Position numbers and translations under genes: made by a program. Positions 1 to 7,327 of a stretch of DNA of 10,023 nt are shown here, piece after piece. The notes under the pieces were generated by a model. That model was not told the origin of the DNA. It saw only the letters and a program-made list of their open reading frames with translations, and made no database searches. Source of the stretch: Candidatus Sericytochromatia bacterium (lineage in GTDB: Bacteria; Cyanobacteriota; Sericytochromatia; S15B-MN24; JAQBPE01); the NCBI GenBank assembly GCA_040400605.1, contig JBBAPZ010000021.1:1-10023 (forward strand), given 5' to 3'. Each line of letters begins with the position of its first letter. Positions within the stretch are counted from its first letter, which is position 1.

Positions 1-237
1 AAGGTCAATACTTTTGATGAAAAATTTTTTCTTTTCTGATCAGACAACCGATCAACAAGCATTTGAGTCCTGGTTTGTCGTTAACCATGTGATACGCCAA
101 GCGCTACTGACTTGCTGCTCCGTGCGCACGATTCCAATCACATCGCTCCAAACGACACTCACGATGTTTCAATCCCAAACAGTACGGATTCAAGGTGGCA
201 ATCTCGCGCACGTGACGACACATGCCATTTCCATCGA

Positions 238-903
238 TCATTCTAGTGTTGTCGCGTCTGCAGGCGGCAGCGAGTGATTGGGGGACTGTCTACGCTCCTC
301 CGCGATTCGATAAAACAAACTACCGTCGTAGAATGATTGCATCCGCTCACGACTCAATGCCGGAACCTTTTCACCCTTCTCCACGACCGTAACGTCTGCC
401 GCGAGCCGCAACAACAGGCTGAACTCCGCTCGTGCCGCGATTGCACCAAACGTGTCAGTCTTGTTGTCTGCCAACATCAACTGCAATTCACTTCGTGACA
501 GACTCTGCGAGCGATCCTTGTCAAACAACCACATCCTCTCAAACGCAGACGAGACAAATTTCCCATCTTTGTCATAGGCACCCGTGTCGCTGCCATGCTT
601 CGACTTGTGAATATCAGCTACGACGATCCGTGCGTGACGCAATCCTACGTGCGTCAACGTGGCCGCACTTAAACTGCCAAAAGACCCCATGCCAAGGGCC
701 CGAAAACCTGCCTTTGTCTCATTGATGGTGATCACGCCATCCTTGTTCTGATCAAAAAACATGACATGCCGCTGTAACGGCGTCGGATTCGCCACACTCG
801 CGCTTACCATCGCAAGATCATCCGACTTCGACACCCCTGGCGACAACTGCCCGCACGCATACAAAAACCCGCAACTCACGACGACCGAAGTCAGTAGACG
901 CAT
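238..903 (-). CDS. Caleosin-family (peroxygenase-like, EF-hand) protein, predicted lipoprotein
   Basis: Caleosin hallmarks in order: TPLQRHVMFFDQNKDGVITINET (conserved His + EF-hand), GFRALG, IHKSKHGSDTGAYDKDGKF, EFSLL, FYDGSLFYRI. N-terminus MRLLTSVVVSCGFLYAC ends in a lipobox-like LYA/C. Start taken at ATG 903; the upstream ATG at 927 is an alternative. Confidence 0.88.
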   Translation of the reverse strand: MRLLTSVVVSCGFLYACGQLSPGVSKSDDLAMVSASVANPTPLQRHVMFFDQNKDGVITINETKAGFRALGMGSFGSLSAATLTHVGLRHARIVVADIHKSKHGSDTGAYDKDGKFVSSAFERMWLFDKDRSQSLSRSELQLMLADNKTDTFGAIAARAEFSLLLRLAADVTVVEKGEKVPALSRERMQSFYDGSLFYRIAEERRQSPNHSLPPADATTLE

Positions 904-981
904 CCCAAGGCACCCCCATTTCTGCATCGTACAATCGAACCAAACGCAACAATTAAGAAAAAATTAAATTGAGCTTAGGTC

Positions 982-1008
982 TTATCGTAGATTGAAGCGT
1001 AAACTTGC
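982..1008 (-). promoter_or_regulatory. Putative sigma-28 (FliA/SigD-type) promoter upstream of the caleosin gene
   Basis: Minus strand reads GCAAGTTT-N11-TACGATAA versus the extended consensus TAAAGTTT-N11-GCCGATAA (6/8 and 6/8, exact spacing), about 80 nt upstream of the start. Confidence 0.4.
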
Positions 1009-1179
1009 GGATAGAATCAAAAACTCACAACAGACATTGTTCCGTTTATGTTCCATAACACATCGGCTCAGGCTGCCATGACGTCAATCTGTGGTTGGCA
1101 AACGCTCATTCGACACGTCGTCAAATCAAAAAATCAGTTCATCTGTTGAAAGGCCGAAACATCACGATTGAAACGGATG

Positions 1180-1962
1180 TCACACGCTCGACGCTCGACG
1201 TTGCATCTCAAACACAACAAACGACGCGACGTCCTCGGCATAGGTGCCGGGGCCGAAGCCTGCGTCAAACCCAAGTTCGGTGGCCAGTTGATGGGAAATA
1301 CGTGGACCACCGGCAATCAGCACCACCTGCTCACGCAAACCTTCCGCCTCGAGCAATTCCACCAGTTGTGTCATGTTGGTGACATGCGCGTTTTTTTGCG
1401 TGACGATCTGGGAGACCAGCAGCGCATCTGCCTGGAGTTCTCGTGCGCGGGCAACCAGGTGCTCGATCGGCACTTGCGCACCAAGGTTTACCGCATTGAC
1501 CATCCGATAGCGTTCCAGCCCGTAGTGCCCGTCATATCCTTTCATGTTCATAATCGCGTCAATGCCCACCGTGTGTGCATCCGTTCCGATGCAAGCACCC
1601 AAAACCGTGATGGAATGGCCAAAATTCGTTTCAATGAACGCATCCACGCCGTGCATATCCATCACCGGAAAACTGGAAAGCGGAATCTCGATCGCCGCAT
1701 AGTCCACACTATGAGGACAGCGCGCATAAGCCACAAAAAAGGTCAATTCAGGCCCCATCGGCTCGATGCTGGTGATGAGCGGGTCGGTCATTCCCATCTT
1801 GGCTAGCAACAACTTCGCCGCCTCCTCCGCTTGCCGCCCCGCCGGCACCGGCAAACAGAAGCTAAATTGCATCGCCCCGTCATTGAGCGTGTCCCCATAT
1901 GCCTTCACCGCCCGCCATTCCGGCTGCGTGGGGGTATCTTGGGTGTTTCCGTTCGTCTCCAT
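1180..1962 (-). CDS. kamE: Lysine 5,6-aminomutase beta subunit (cobalamin-binding, carries the PLP lysine)
   Basis: VKAYGDTLNDGAMQFSFCLPVP dimerisation domain; B12 base-off motif GACIGTDAHTVGIDAIMNMKGYDGHYGLERY (DxHxxG plus PLP-binding Lys); LLVSQIVTQKNAH; LGFDAGFGPG. RBS AAGGAGG at 1968-1974 supports ATG 1962. Confidence 0.96.
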   Translation of the reverse strand: METNGNTQDTPTQPEWRAVKAYGDTLNDGAMQFSFCLPVPAGRQAEEAAKLLLAKMGMTDPLITSIEPMGPELTFFVAYARCPHSVDYAAIEIPLSSFPVMDMHGVDAFIETNFGHSITVLGACIGTDAHTVGIDAIMNMKGYDGHYGLERYRMVNAVNLGAQVPIEHLVARARELQADALLVSQIVTQKNAHVTNMTQLVELLEAEGLREQVVLIAGGPRISHQLATELGFDAGFGPGTYAEDVASFVVFEMQRRASSV

Positions 1963-1979
1963 TAACCCCTCCTTCACCG

Positions 1980-3554
1980 TCACACGCCCGTGCCGCTTAT
2001 CGCGTGGGCTTCTAGGGCCGTCCAGACGGGGTTGAAATACGCCTCTCCTTTTTCAAACACCCCCGTCAAACCCTTACCCCCATCCGGAGTACGTTTTACG
2101 TCCGCAAAGCAGCCCTCTCCCAGGGCCGCCACCAACCCCACCGCGTGGATGTGAGCCAGTTGCGCATGAGCCTCTTGCAAGACCTGATTGGCCCGACGAG
2201 CAATATGACCGTCCGGTTGCAGCGAAAACTCGGCCATCAAGCCGCCGCTGAAGTTCTGTACATAGTTCAGGTTCTGCAGGGCAAGGTAGCGATCCGCCAC
2301 AAAAGGCGTATGAATCGCCTCGGTGAGAATCCCGAGCAAACAGATATGCTGTCTGGTCATTACCGTGGCCAGGTTGTACATCGTCTGATGAGCATATGAT
2401 TTAAAAATGTTACCCGTAATATGCTTGGTGGGCGGCATATATTTTAAAGGATGCTCCGGAAAAATCTGTCGAACCAATTGCGCCATTGCCAATTCATCCA
2501 AGAAGCCATCTGGCCGCCTTGGATCAATCTCAAACGCATGTCCCAAGCCCATCTGCGCCCGCGCGATCCCGGCCGCCTCCGCAAAGCGCTCGTTAATAAA
2601 CTGCGATGACAAAACCGTATGGCCCGCCTCAATCGCATCCGCAGTGGTAAGGTAATTATCTTCACCGGTGTTGATGGTGATTCCGGCAAAGCCGTTCACC
2701 ATCCGCGAAAAATATTGATCCGTCAACGTACGATACAAATTGATATCCCGGAACAAAATGCCGTAAAGCGCATCGTTGAGGAGCATATCAAGCCCCTCTT
2801 GCGCCGCCAGCACGGAAATTTCCGGCATACACAACCCAGACGCATAATTGGTCGCCTGAACATAGCGTCCGAGTTCCTCGCTTACTTGATCCAACGCTGA
2901 GCGCAACAACCGAAAATTAGCCGCCGTGGCAAACGTGCCCCCCGAACCCTCCGCCGTCGTGCCATAAGGCACATAGTCAAGCAGGCTTTGCGCGGTTGCC
3001 CGAATCACCGCAATGATGTCCGCCCCTTGACGGGCAGCCGCAACCGCTTGCGGCACATCCTCAAAAATGTTTCCAGTTGCGACAATCAAGTAGCGCCACG
3101 GCGTTGGCGCATCACCCAGTCGTTCGCGGAAGGCCTGTCGGGCGTCGCGCGCACCCTTCAGCGTCTGCAACGCTTGTTGCACCTGCTCAATGGCCCAAGC
3201 CTCGCGACGCGCGGGCTCAACAACCAACGCATCCCAATCAAAGTCAGGACGACAACCAGCAATTGCCAACCACTCAGCCCCTGCCTGCACAGACATGCCT
3301 TGCGACAGACAAGCACCGGAAAGCCAATACAGACTCCCGCATGACACTCGGTTGGCGGCAACGAGCGCATCCACCATGCGATTGGGCCACGGTACCCCTT
3401 CTTTGTCCACGCCATCCACGCCCAGTACGCGCAAGGCGGCGCGTTCGACGGACACCGTGGAATGAGTCTCGATATAAGCCAAAACGGGCGCTACAACTGA
3501 ACGGGCGAGTTGGCGGCATTCACCGATCAACGCAATATCTAACGGAATCTGCAT
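1980..3554 (-). CDS. kamD: Lysine 5,6-aminomutase alpha subunit (PLP TIM barrel)
   Basis: Motifs HSTVSVERAALRVLGVDG, YLIVATGNIFED, GADIIAVIRATAQSLLDYVPYG, NYASGLCMPE, MLLNDALYGILFRDIN, INTGEDNYLTTADA, GLGHAFE, PLKYMPPTK, TEAIHTP; lies directly upstream of kamE. Start placed at ATG 3554 (AAGGGG upstream) rather than GTG 3623. Confidence 0.96.
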   Translation of the reverse strand: MQIPLDIALIGECRQLARSVVAPVLAYIETHSTVSVERAALRVLGVDGVDKEGVPWPNRMVDALVAANRVSCGSLYWLSGACLSQGMSVQAGAEWLAIAGCRPDFDWDALVVEPARREAWAIEQVQQALQTLKGARDARQAFRERLGDAPTPWRYLIVATGNIFEDVPQAVAAARQGADIIAVIRATAQSLLDYVPYGTTAEGSGGTFATAANFRLLRSALDQVSEELGRYVQATNYASGLCMPEISVLAAQEGLDMLLNDALYGILFRDINLYRTLTDQYFSRMVNGFAGITINTGEDNYLTTADAIEAGHTVLSSQFINERFAEAAGIARAQMGLGHAFEIDPRRPDGFLDELAMAQLVRQIFPEHPLKYMPPTKHITGNIFKSYAHQTMYNLATVMTRQHICLLGILTEAIHTPFVADRYLALQNLNYVQNFSGGLMAEFSLQPDGHIARRANQVLQEAHAQLAHIHAVGLVAALGEGCFADVKRTPDGGKGLTGVFEKGEAYFNPVWTALEAHAISGTGV

Positions 3555-3631
3555 GGCGAAACCCCTTGCTCCATCGAAAGCGGCGCCTTCATTGTATCGG
3601 GAATCCGAATACCTCACCAGCACGCTTTTAC

Positions 3632-3660
3632 TTGACAGTCTGTGGCCAACGATTGATCAT
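3632..3660 (+). promoter_or_regulatory. Putative sigma-70 promoter for the PadR gene
   Basis: Perfect TTGACA at 3632-3637, 17-nt spacer, GATCAT at 3655-3660 (4/6 to TATAAT), 50 nt upstream of the PadR ATG. Confidence 0.5.
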
Positions 3661-3709
3661 CATGCAACCGGTAGTCCCCACTGTCAGTGATATCGGAGAA
3701 TCGCGCTGG

Positions 3710-4270
3710 ATGTCCCTGCGTTACGCCCTGCTTGCCTTGTTGGCCCGCGAATCACTCACTGGCTACGATTTGACCAAACGTTTCGATTCCACGATCGGAT
3801 TTTTCTGGTCAGCCAGGCACAGTCAAATTTACCCCGAACTTGCGAAGTTGACCGGCGACGGACTTGTCACTTTCGAATTGGTGCCCCAAAACGGCAAACC
3901 TGATAAAAAAGTCTATACCATCACGTCAGATGGCCATCACGCACTTCAGGACTGGGTATCGCAAGACACGGAGCGACGCAGTGTCAAAGATCCTTTGCTG
4001 ATGCGCATCTGGACCGTCGGTCTCATCGACCCGAAAATCGCCCTGCGCCACCTAAAAGAGGCGGATGAGGCCTACACGCGTCGCGGCGAATTCCTTAAAC
4101 AAATGACTGAAGAAGCACAACGAACAGGCATCAACAGCCCCAAGCCGGGCAACCCGTGGTTCGGCCCGTCTGTGGCCCTTGATTGCGGGCGGCGCCAGCA
4201 TGAGGCTTACCACGCGTGGATCAAGGCCACCATCGCCTTGCTGGAAAACATGCCACGAAGCGAAGAATGA
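3710..4270 (+). CDS. PadR family transcriptional regulator (subfamily 1, AphA/PadR-like with C-terminal helical domain)
   Basis: MSLRYALLALLARESLTGYDLTKRF...FFWSARHSQIYPELAKL...GKPDKKVYTITSDGHHALQDWV is the canonical PadR winged helix; 186 aa. GGAG at 3695-3698. The 5' extension of the called ORF (3077-3709) overlaps kamD antisense and is not considered real. Confidence 0.93.
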   Translation: MSLRYALLALLARESLTGYDLTKRFDSTIGFFWSARHSQIYPELAKLTGDGLVTFELVPQNGKPDKKVYTITSDGHHALQDWVSQDTERRSVKDPLLMRIWTVGLIDPKIALRHLKEADEAYTRRGEFLKQMTEEAQRTGINSPKPGNPWFGPSVALDCGRRQHEAYHAWIKATIALLENMPRSEE

Positions 4271-4282
4271 ACCACGAAGTCA

Positions 4283-4298
4283 CATCAACACGTTGATG
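4283..4298. other. Short palindrome between convergent PadR and thioesterase genes (possible weak terminator or stabilising hairpin)
   Basis: CATCAA-CACG-TTGATG; 6-bp stem, no U-tract on either side. Confidence 0.25.
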
Positions 4299-4342
4299 CA
4301 ACCAGGTAAGCCAACCCCCGGGACGCACGCGCTGTCAGTCGA

Positions 4343-4849
4343 TCACGCGTGAACACAACCCGCACGGGCAGTCTCGGCAGTAGCATCCGGAACAAGGTGG
4401 GGACTGTTTTCGAAAAGCGTGGCCACCGCCTGACTCTTGCCGCCCTCCAGAAACGAAGCCACAACACGGGCGACAGCCGTGACGCGATCCTCAACCCGAA
4501 ACTCCTGCACCAACGTGATGCTGCGATTCCCCACCCTCTCGCAGCGTGTGACCAGTTCGAAGTGGGTTCCAGGCTTGAGCGATGCATGAAACGAAATGTC
4601 GATGCGTACGACAACCGGCATCCAACGCCTTCGCCAAATCGCCGATGCCAAACCACTGACCAGCAGATAATGCCAGCGTCCCATGTCCATCAACGCCAGG
4701 TAGCGACTGTTGTTCATGTGCCGATTGATATCACAATCCACCCACCAGCAACGCAGTGGCAGACGACTCACAAGCAGAGGCGGCAAACCCCGTTCTTTGA
4801 ACAGCCAACGTCCGAGCATCAGCATCAGCCGCAGACGGGTTGAAATCAT
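4343..4849 (-). CDS. Acyl-CoA thioesterase, hotdog fold (4HBT/FcbC-like)
   Basis: DCDINRHMNNSRYLALMDMGR matches the D-x-D-x-x-x-H-x-N-N-x-x-Y signature. RBS AGGAG (4856-4860) lies 6 nt before ATG 4849; 168 aa. Confidence 0.9.
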   Translation of the reverse strand: MISTRLRLMLMLGRWLFKERGLPPLLVSRLPLRCWWVDCDINRHMNNSRYLALMDMGRWHYLLVSGLASAIWRRRWMPVVVRIDISFHASLKPGTHFELVTRCERVGNRSITLVQEFRVEDRVTAVARVVASFLEGGKSQAVATLFENSPHLVPDATAETARAGCVHA

Positions 4850-4957
4850 GAGCATCTCCTGACTCGCGACACAAAGCTCATCATCGCGTGTTCGCCATTT
4901 ACCACGCCAACGCTGCAGAAGACAAACCAAAATGAATAATCGGCATATCTGATGGCT

Positions 4958-4995
4958 GGGCTTGCAACCTGCAAGTCCTCGCAGGTTGCAGGCTC
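4958..4995. terminator. Strong intergenic hairpin (terminator-like or REP-like)
   Basis: GGGCT-TGCAACCTGC-aagtcctc-GCAGGTTGCA-GGCTC: 10-bp perfect core extendable to 15 bp with G-U pairs on the plus strand; followed only by TTTG. Confidence 0.45.
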
Positions 4996-5201
4996 TTTGA
5001 CTATACAAAGGCACATAGATTTCTGTTCAAAACTGTTGCGACAAACCAGAAAACCTCGGGCAATCACGCGCTATGATTGAACAATCGCCAAAATTTGATC
5101 AAAAATGAACGCGCTTTGGTATCACATCAACCACCCCACAACGACAAATAGTTGAATGTTGTTATCCTGTTCGCCCCATAAACCTGACGATCGCATCTGA
5201 T

Positions 5202-6821
5202 TCATTCAGGCGCGCAGGCGATCGCCCCTTGATGCCCCTGCCAGCGCACCCGACCCGTACACGCATCAAGTGTCAAAGCAAACGGTACCGGCTTAAAATC
5301 ATCGTCTGGAAAAATCACCCGGAACCCCGGCTCCAGAATCGTCCCGCGTGGATTTAGTGCCGTCTCGGCCACCCTCACCTCCGCCCGCCGCTGCGACGCC
5401 AACCTAAGCCAGTCAAACGCAGCCCCCGACTGCGCAGCATACCCCCGACACGCCGTCAGATACCGCAACGCCCGCGCACGATGAAACGCCCGATCCCGAG
5501 CAGGATCACTCAAGTTGGCAAGCAACTCCTGCGCCCACACATCCTGTTTGGGCAAACGCCCAAGCGCCTCAACCAGCACCAAACGCAACCCCTGCGCAGA
5601 ATTAACGCCATCCGGCACCAGACTCAACAAGCGCTGACGCGCCCGGGAATACAACGGGTTCGTGAAATCGATCGCCAGCACATCCGCAATCAGTTCCTCA
5701 TCCAGAACCCCATCTGCCACCAGTTGATCCAGTTCCAGGTTATCCACGTGCGATCGCACCGGCACCACAAACGCATGCTGGGACTCCACCGCCTTCGCCT
5801 CACCCGGCGCAAAGCGCAAACCCGCGCGCCGCAACGCCACTGCATAATCACCCGCAGCAACGACAACAGGCGCCTGCGCACCCGTCAAACGCCTATCCAC
5901 AAAAAACGACACAGGCAAAGACACAGGCTCCTGCCCCTCATACGGCCGAACATCACTCTCCAGGTTCAGCTCCACGCTCCCGAACAACGACCGCAAGCGC
6001 TGCTTCACACTGAGCTGACGCACCCGCGCGCGCGCAGCCACCAGACGCTTCAAGCCCCCCTGAACCACCCGCGCCAGATGATGCGCATCCACCGCCTCTT
6101 TGAGCAACTGCTTCGCCAGAGCCGCGTGCGGGGTGTGCTCACCTAGCTTCAAGGTGCCCAGAGGCAACACCCTAGCCGATCGCCACCAGTCGTTGTGGGG
6201 TTCCGCCAGTTCCTTGAGAATCGGCCCCCCCTGCGTGTGACACCCCGAACAGCGCAAGCGATTCCCGAAAGCCGGGGTACGTGCGTTCATGTTGATGCTC
6301 GCCACATCGGCGAGCACATCCGCCGAATCCCCCCGATAATGCCAGTCTGCCGCTGCTTCGGTCCCCGTCAACTCCCAGAAATTGTACATGCCTTTACGGG
6401 CATCCCAGGCGATCGCCTCCACCATCAAGCCCGGCTCACGCAGGTTCAAGACCTGTAAAAATGCCCCCTCGCGCTCGGAAAAATACCCGACGAACAACTC
6501 ACCCTCAGCCACCTGCCCACCCGGCATCGGCCCCTCATAGGTCTCAAAGAACGAAAACGATCCCGCCTCCGGGTTGTGGGCCCCCCGATTGGCCACGATG
6601 TGCGGCCGCAAGGTCCCGCCACTTTCGAGCAGTCGCTGGCGCATGGAGAGCACCGTGCGCACTGGCGATCGCCCCCCGGCAAGCATCATCGACACGGCAT
6701 CACGCGGCGCCTGTTGCGACACGTTCGCCCCTGTTGCCGTGCGGGCGATCGCCCCCTCCCACATCGCACAACCACCCACGATCCCCGCACCAAGCCCAAC
6801 CAGCAGCAACCGCGCAAGCAT
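5202..6821 (-). CDS. Uncharacterised lipoprotein with a single CxxCH (putative heme c) motif
   Basis: 539-aa ORF with consistent codon bias; MLARLLLVGLGAGIVGG/C signal peptide with lipobox; CSGCH at 6237-6251; ATG overlaps the upstream stop (TGATG). Confidence 0.75.
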   Translation of the reverse strand: MLARLLLVGLGAGIVGGCAMWEGAIARTATGANVSQQAPRDAVSMMLAGGRSPVRTVLSMRQRLLESGGTLRPHIVANRGAHNPEAGSFSFFETYEGPMPGGQVAEGELFVGYFSEREGAFLQVLNLREPGLMVEAIAWDARKGMYNFWELTGTEAAADWHYRGDSADVLADVASINMNARTPAFGNRLRCSGCHTQGGPILKELAEPHNDWWRSARVLPLGTLKLGEHTPHAALAKQLLKEAVDAHHLARVVQGGLKRLVAARARVRQLSVKQRLRSLFGSVELNLESDVRPYEGQEPVSLPVSFFVDRRLTGAQAPVVVAAGDYAVALRRAGLRFAPGEAKAVESQHAFVVPVRSHVDNLELDQLVADGVLDEELIADVLAIDFTNPLYSRARQRLLSLVPDGVNSAQGLRLVLVEALGRLPKQDVWAQELLANLSDPARDRAFHRARALRYLTACRGYAAQSGAAFDWLRLASQRRAEVRVAETALNPRGTILEPGFRVIFPDDDFKPVPFALTLDACTGRVRWQGHQGAIACAPE

Positions 6822-7327
6822 CACACGGAACCCCCGGCCGATGGAGGGGCCAACCACAACTTCGTAAGCACCTCCAACCAGTTCCTGATCCGCCGCTGGT
6901 TGAGCTGATCCGACTCGTTATCCAGTGCCTGCGACAAGATGGGGAATAATTCCATCGGGGCGATCGCCTTCCCCATAAGACTCGCCACACACTTGATCGA
7001 TTGCGGCGTCTTTTTAAGGTCCCCAAACTTGGGATAGCTCAGGTAAACACTCGACTTCCAGATCGTCTTGGGCATTTCTGAGACGCCCTGCACTTTCTCA
7101 AGTTCAATCTTCCACTCGTCATAAAGCGGCTCTTCAGGATTACGCGTCGATACCGTCCGGTATGAGGCCTGCCTCAACACCCACCCCTTCTTCACCTGCG
7201 CCTTCACAGCCATCCCCACCCCCGCAACCAGCGACACCCCGACCGGCGCATGAGCACAACCTGTCACGCCAACCTGAGCCAACATAAGGCTACCAACCCA
7301 AACCGTAAACCATCCCTTTGACACCAT
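6821..7327 (-). CDS. Uncharacterised small lipoprotein
   Basis: 168 aa; MVSKGWFTVWVGSLMLAQVGVTG/C signal with VTGC lipobox; AAGGGGGG RBS-like run upstream; stop overlaps the next start. Confidence 0.7.
   Translation of the reverse strand: MVSKGWFTVWVGSLMLAQVGVTGCAHAPVGVSLVAGVGMAVKAQVKKGWVLRQASYRTVSTRNPEEPLYDEWKIELEKVQGVSEMPKTIWKSSVYLSYPKFGDLKKTPQSIKCVASLMGKAIAPMELFPILSQALDNESDQLNQRRIRNWLEVLTKLWLAPPSAGGSV

Noticed and set aside
100..240. CRISPR array
   Set aside because: Only one repeat-like unit; partial look-alikes at 131 and 227 are too divergent and irregularly spaced, and there are no cas genes.
1168..3519. Multiple alternative-frame and antisense ORFs over kamD/kamE
   Set aside because: Shadow ORFs of well-supported genes, with no recognisable motifs.
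1180..3554. Ornithine 4,5-aminomutase (OraSE) as an alternative identity
   Set aside because: OraE carries the TIM barrel and B12 domain in one chain with a small OraS; the ~524 + ~260 aa split and motifs here match KamD/KamE.
3077..3709. 211-codon N-terminal extension of the PadR ORF (apparent 397-aa fusion)
   Set aside because: It lies antisense to kamD and across the promoter region; PadR homology and an RBS begin at ATG 3710.
3555..3709. Cobalamin or lysine riboswitch ahead of kamD
   Set aside because: Only 155 bp shared with a divergent promoter; no B12-box or L-box consensus seen.
4850..5014. N-terminal extension of the thioesterase ORF
   Set aside because: It runs through the intergenic hairpin; the AGGAG RBS supports ATG 4849.
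5162..5187. Second sigma-28-like promoter (TCAGGTTT-N10-CAGGATAA, minus strand)
   Set aside because: Spacing is off by one, the -10 match is weak, and it is over 300 nt from the next start.
5481..7026. Plus-strand and alternative-frame ORFs over the lipoprotein operon
   Set aside because: Explained by the strong codon bias of the minus-strand genes; His/Gln/Arg/Pro-rich translations with no motifs.
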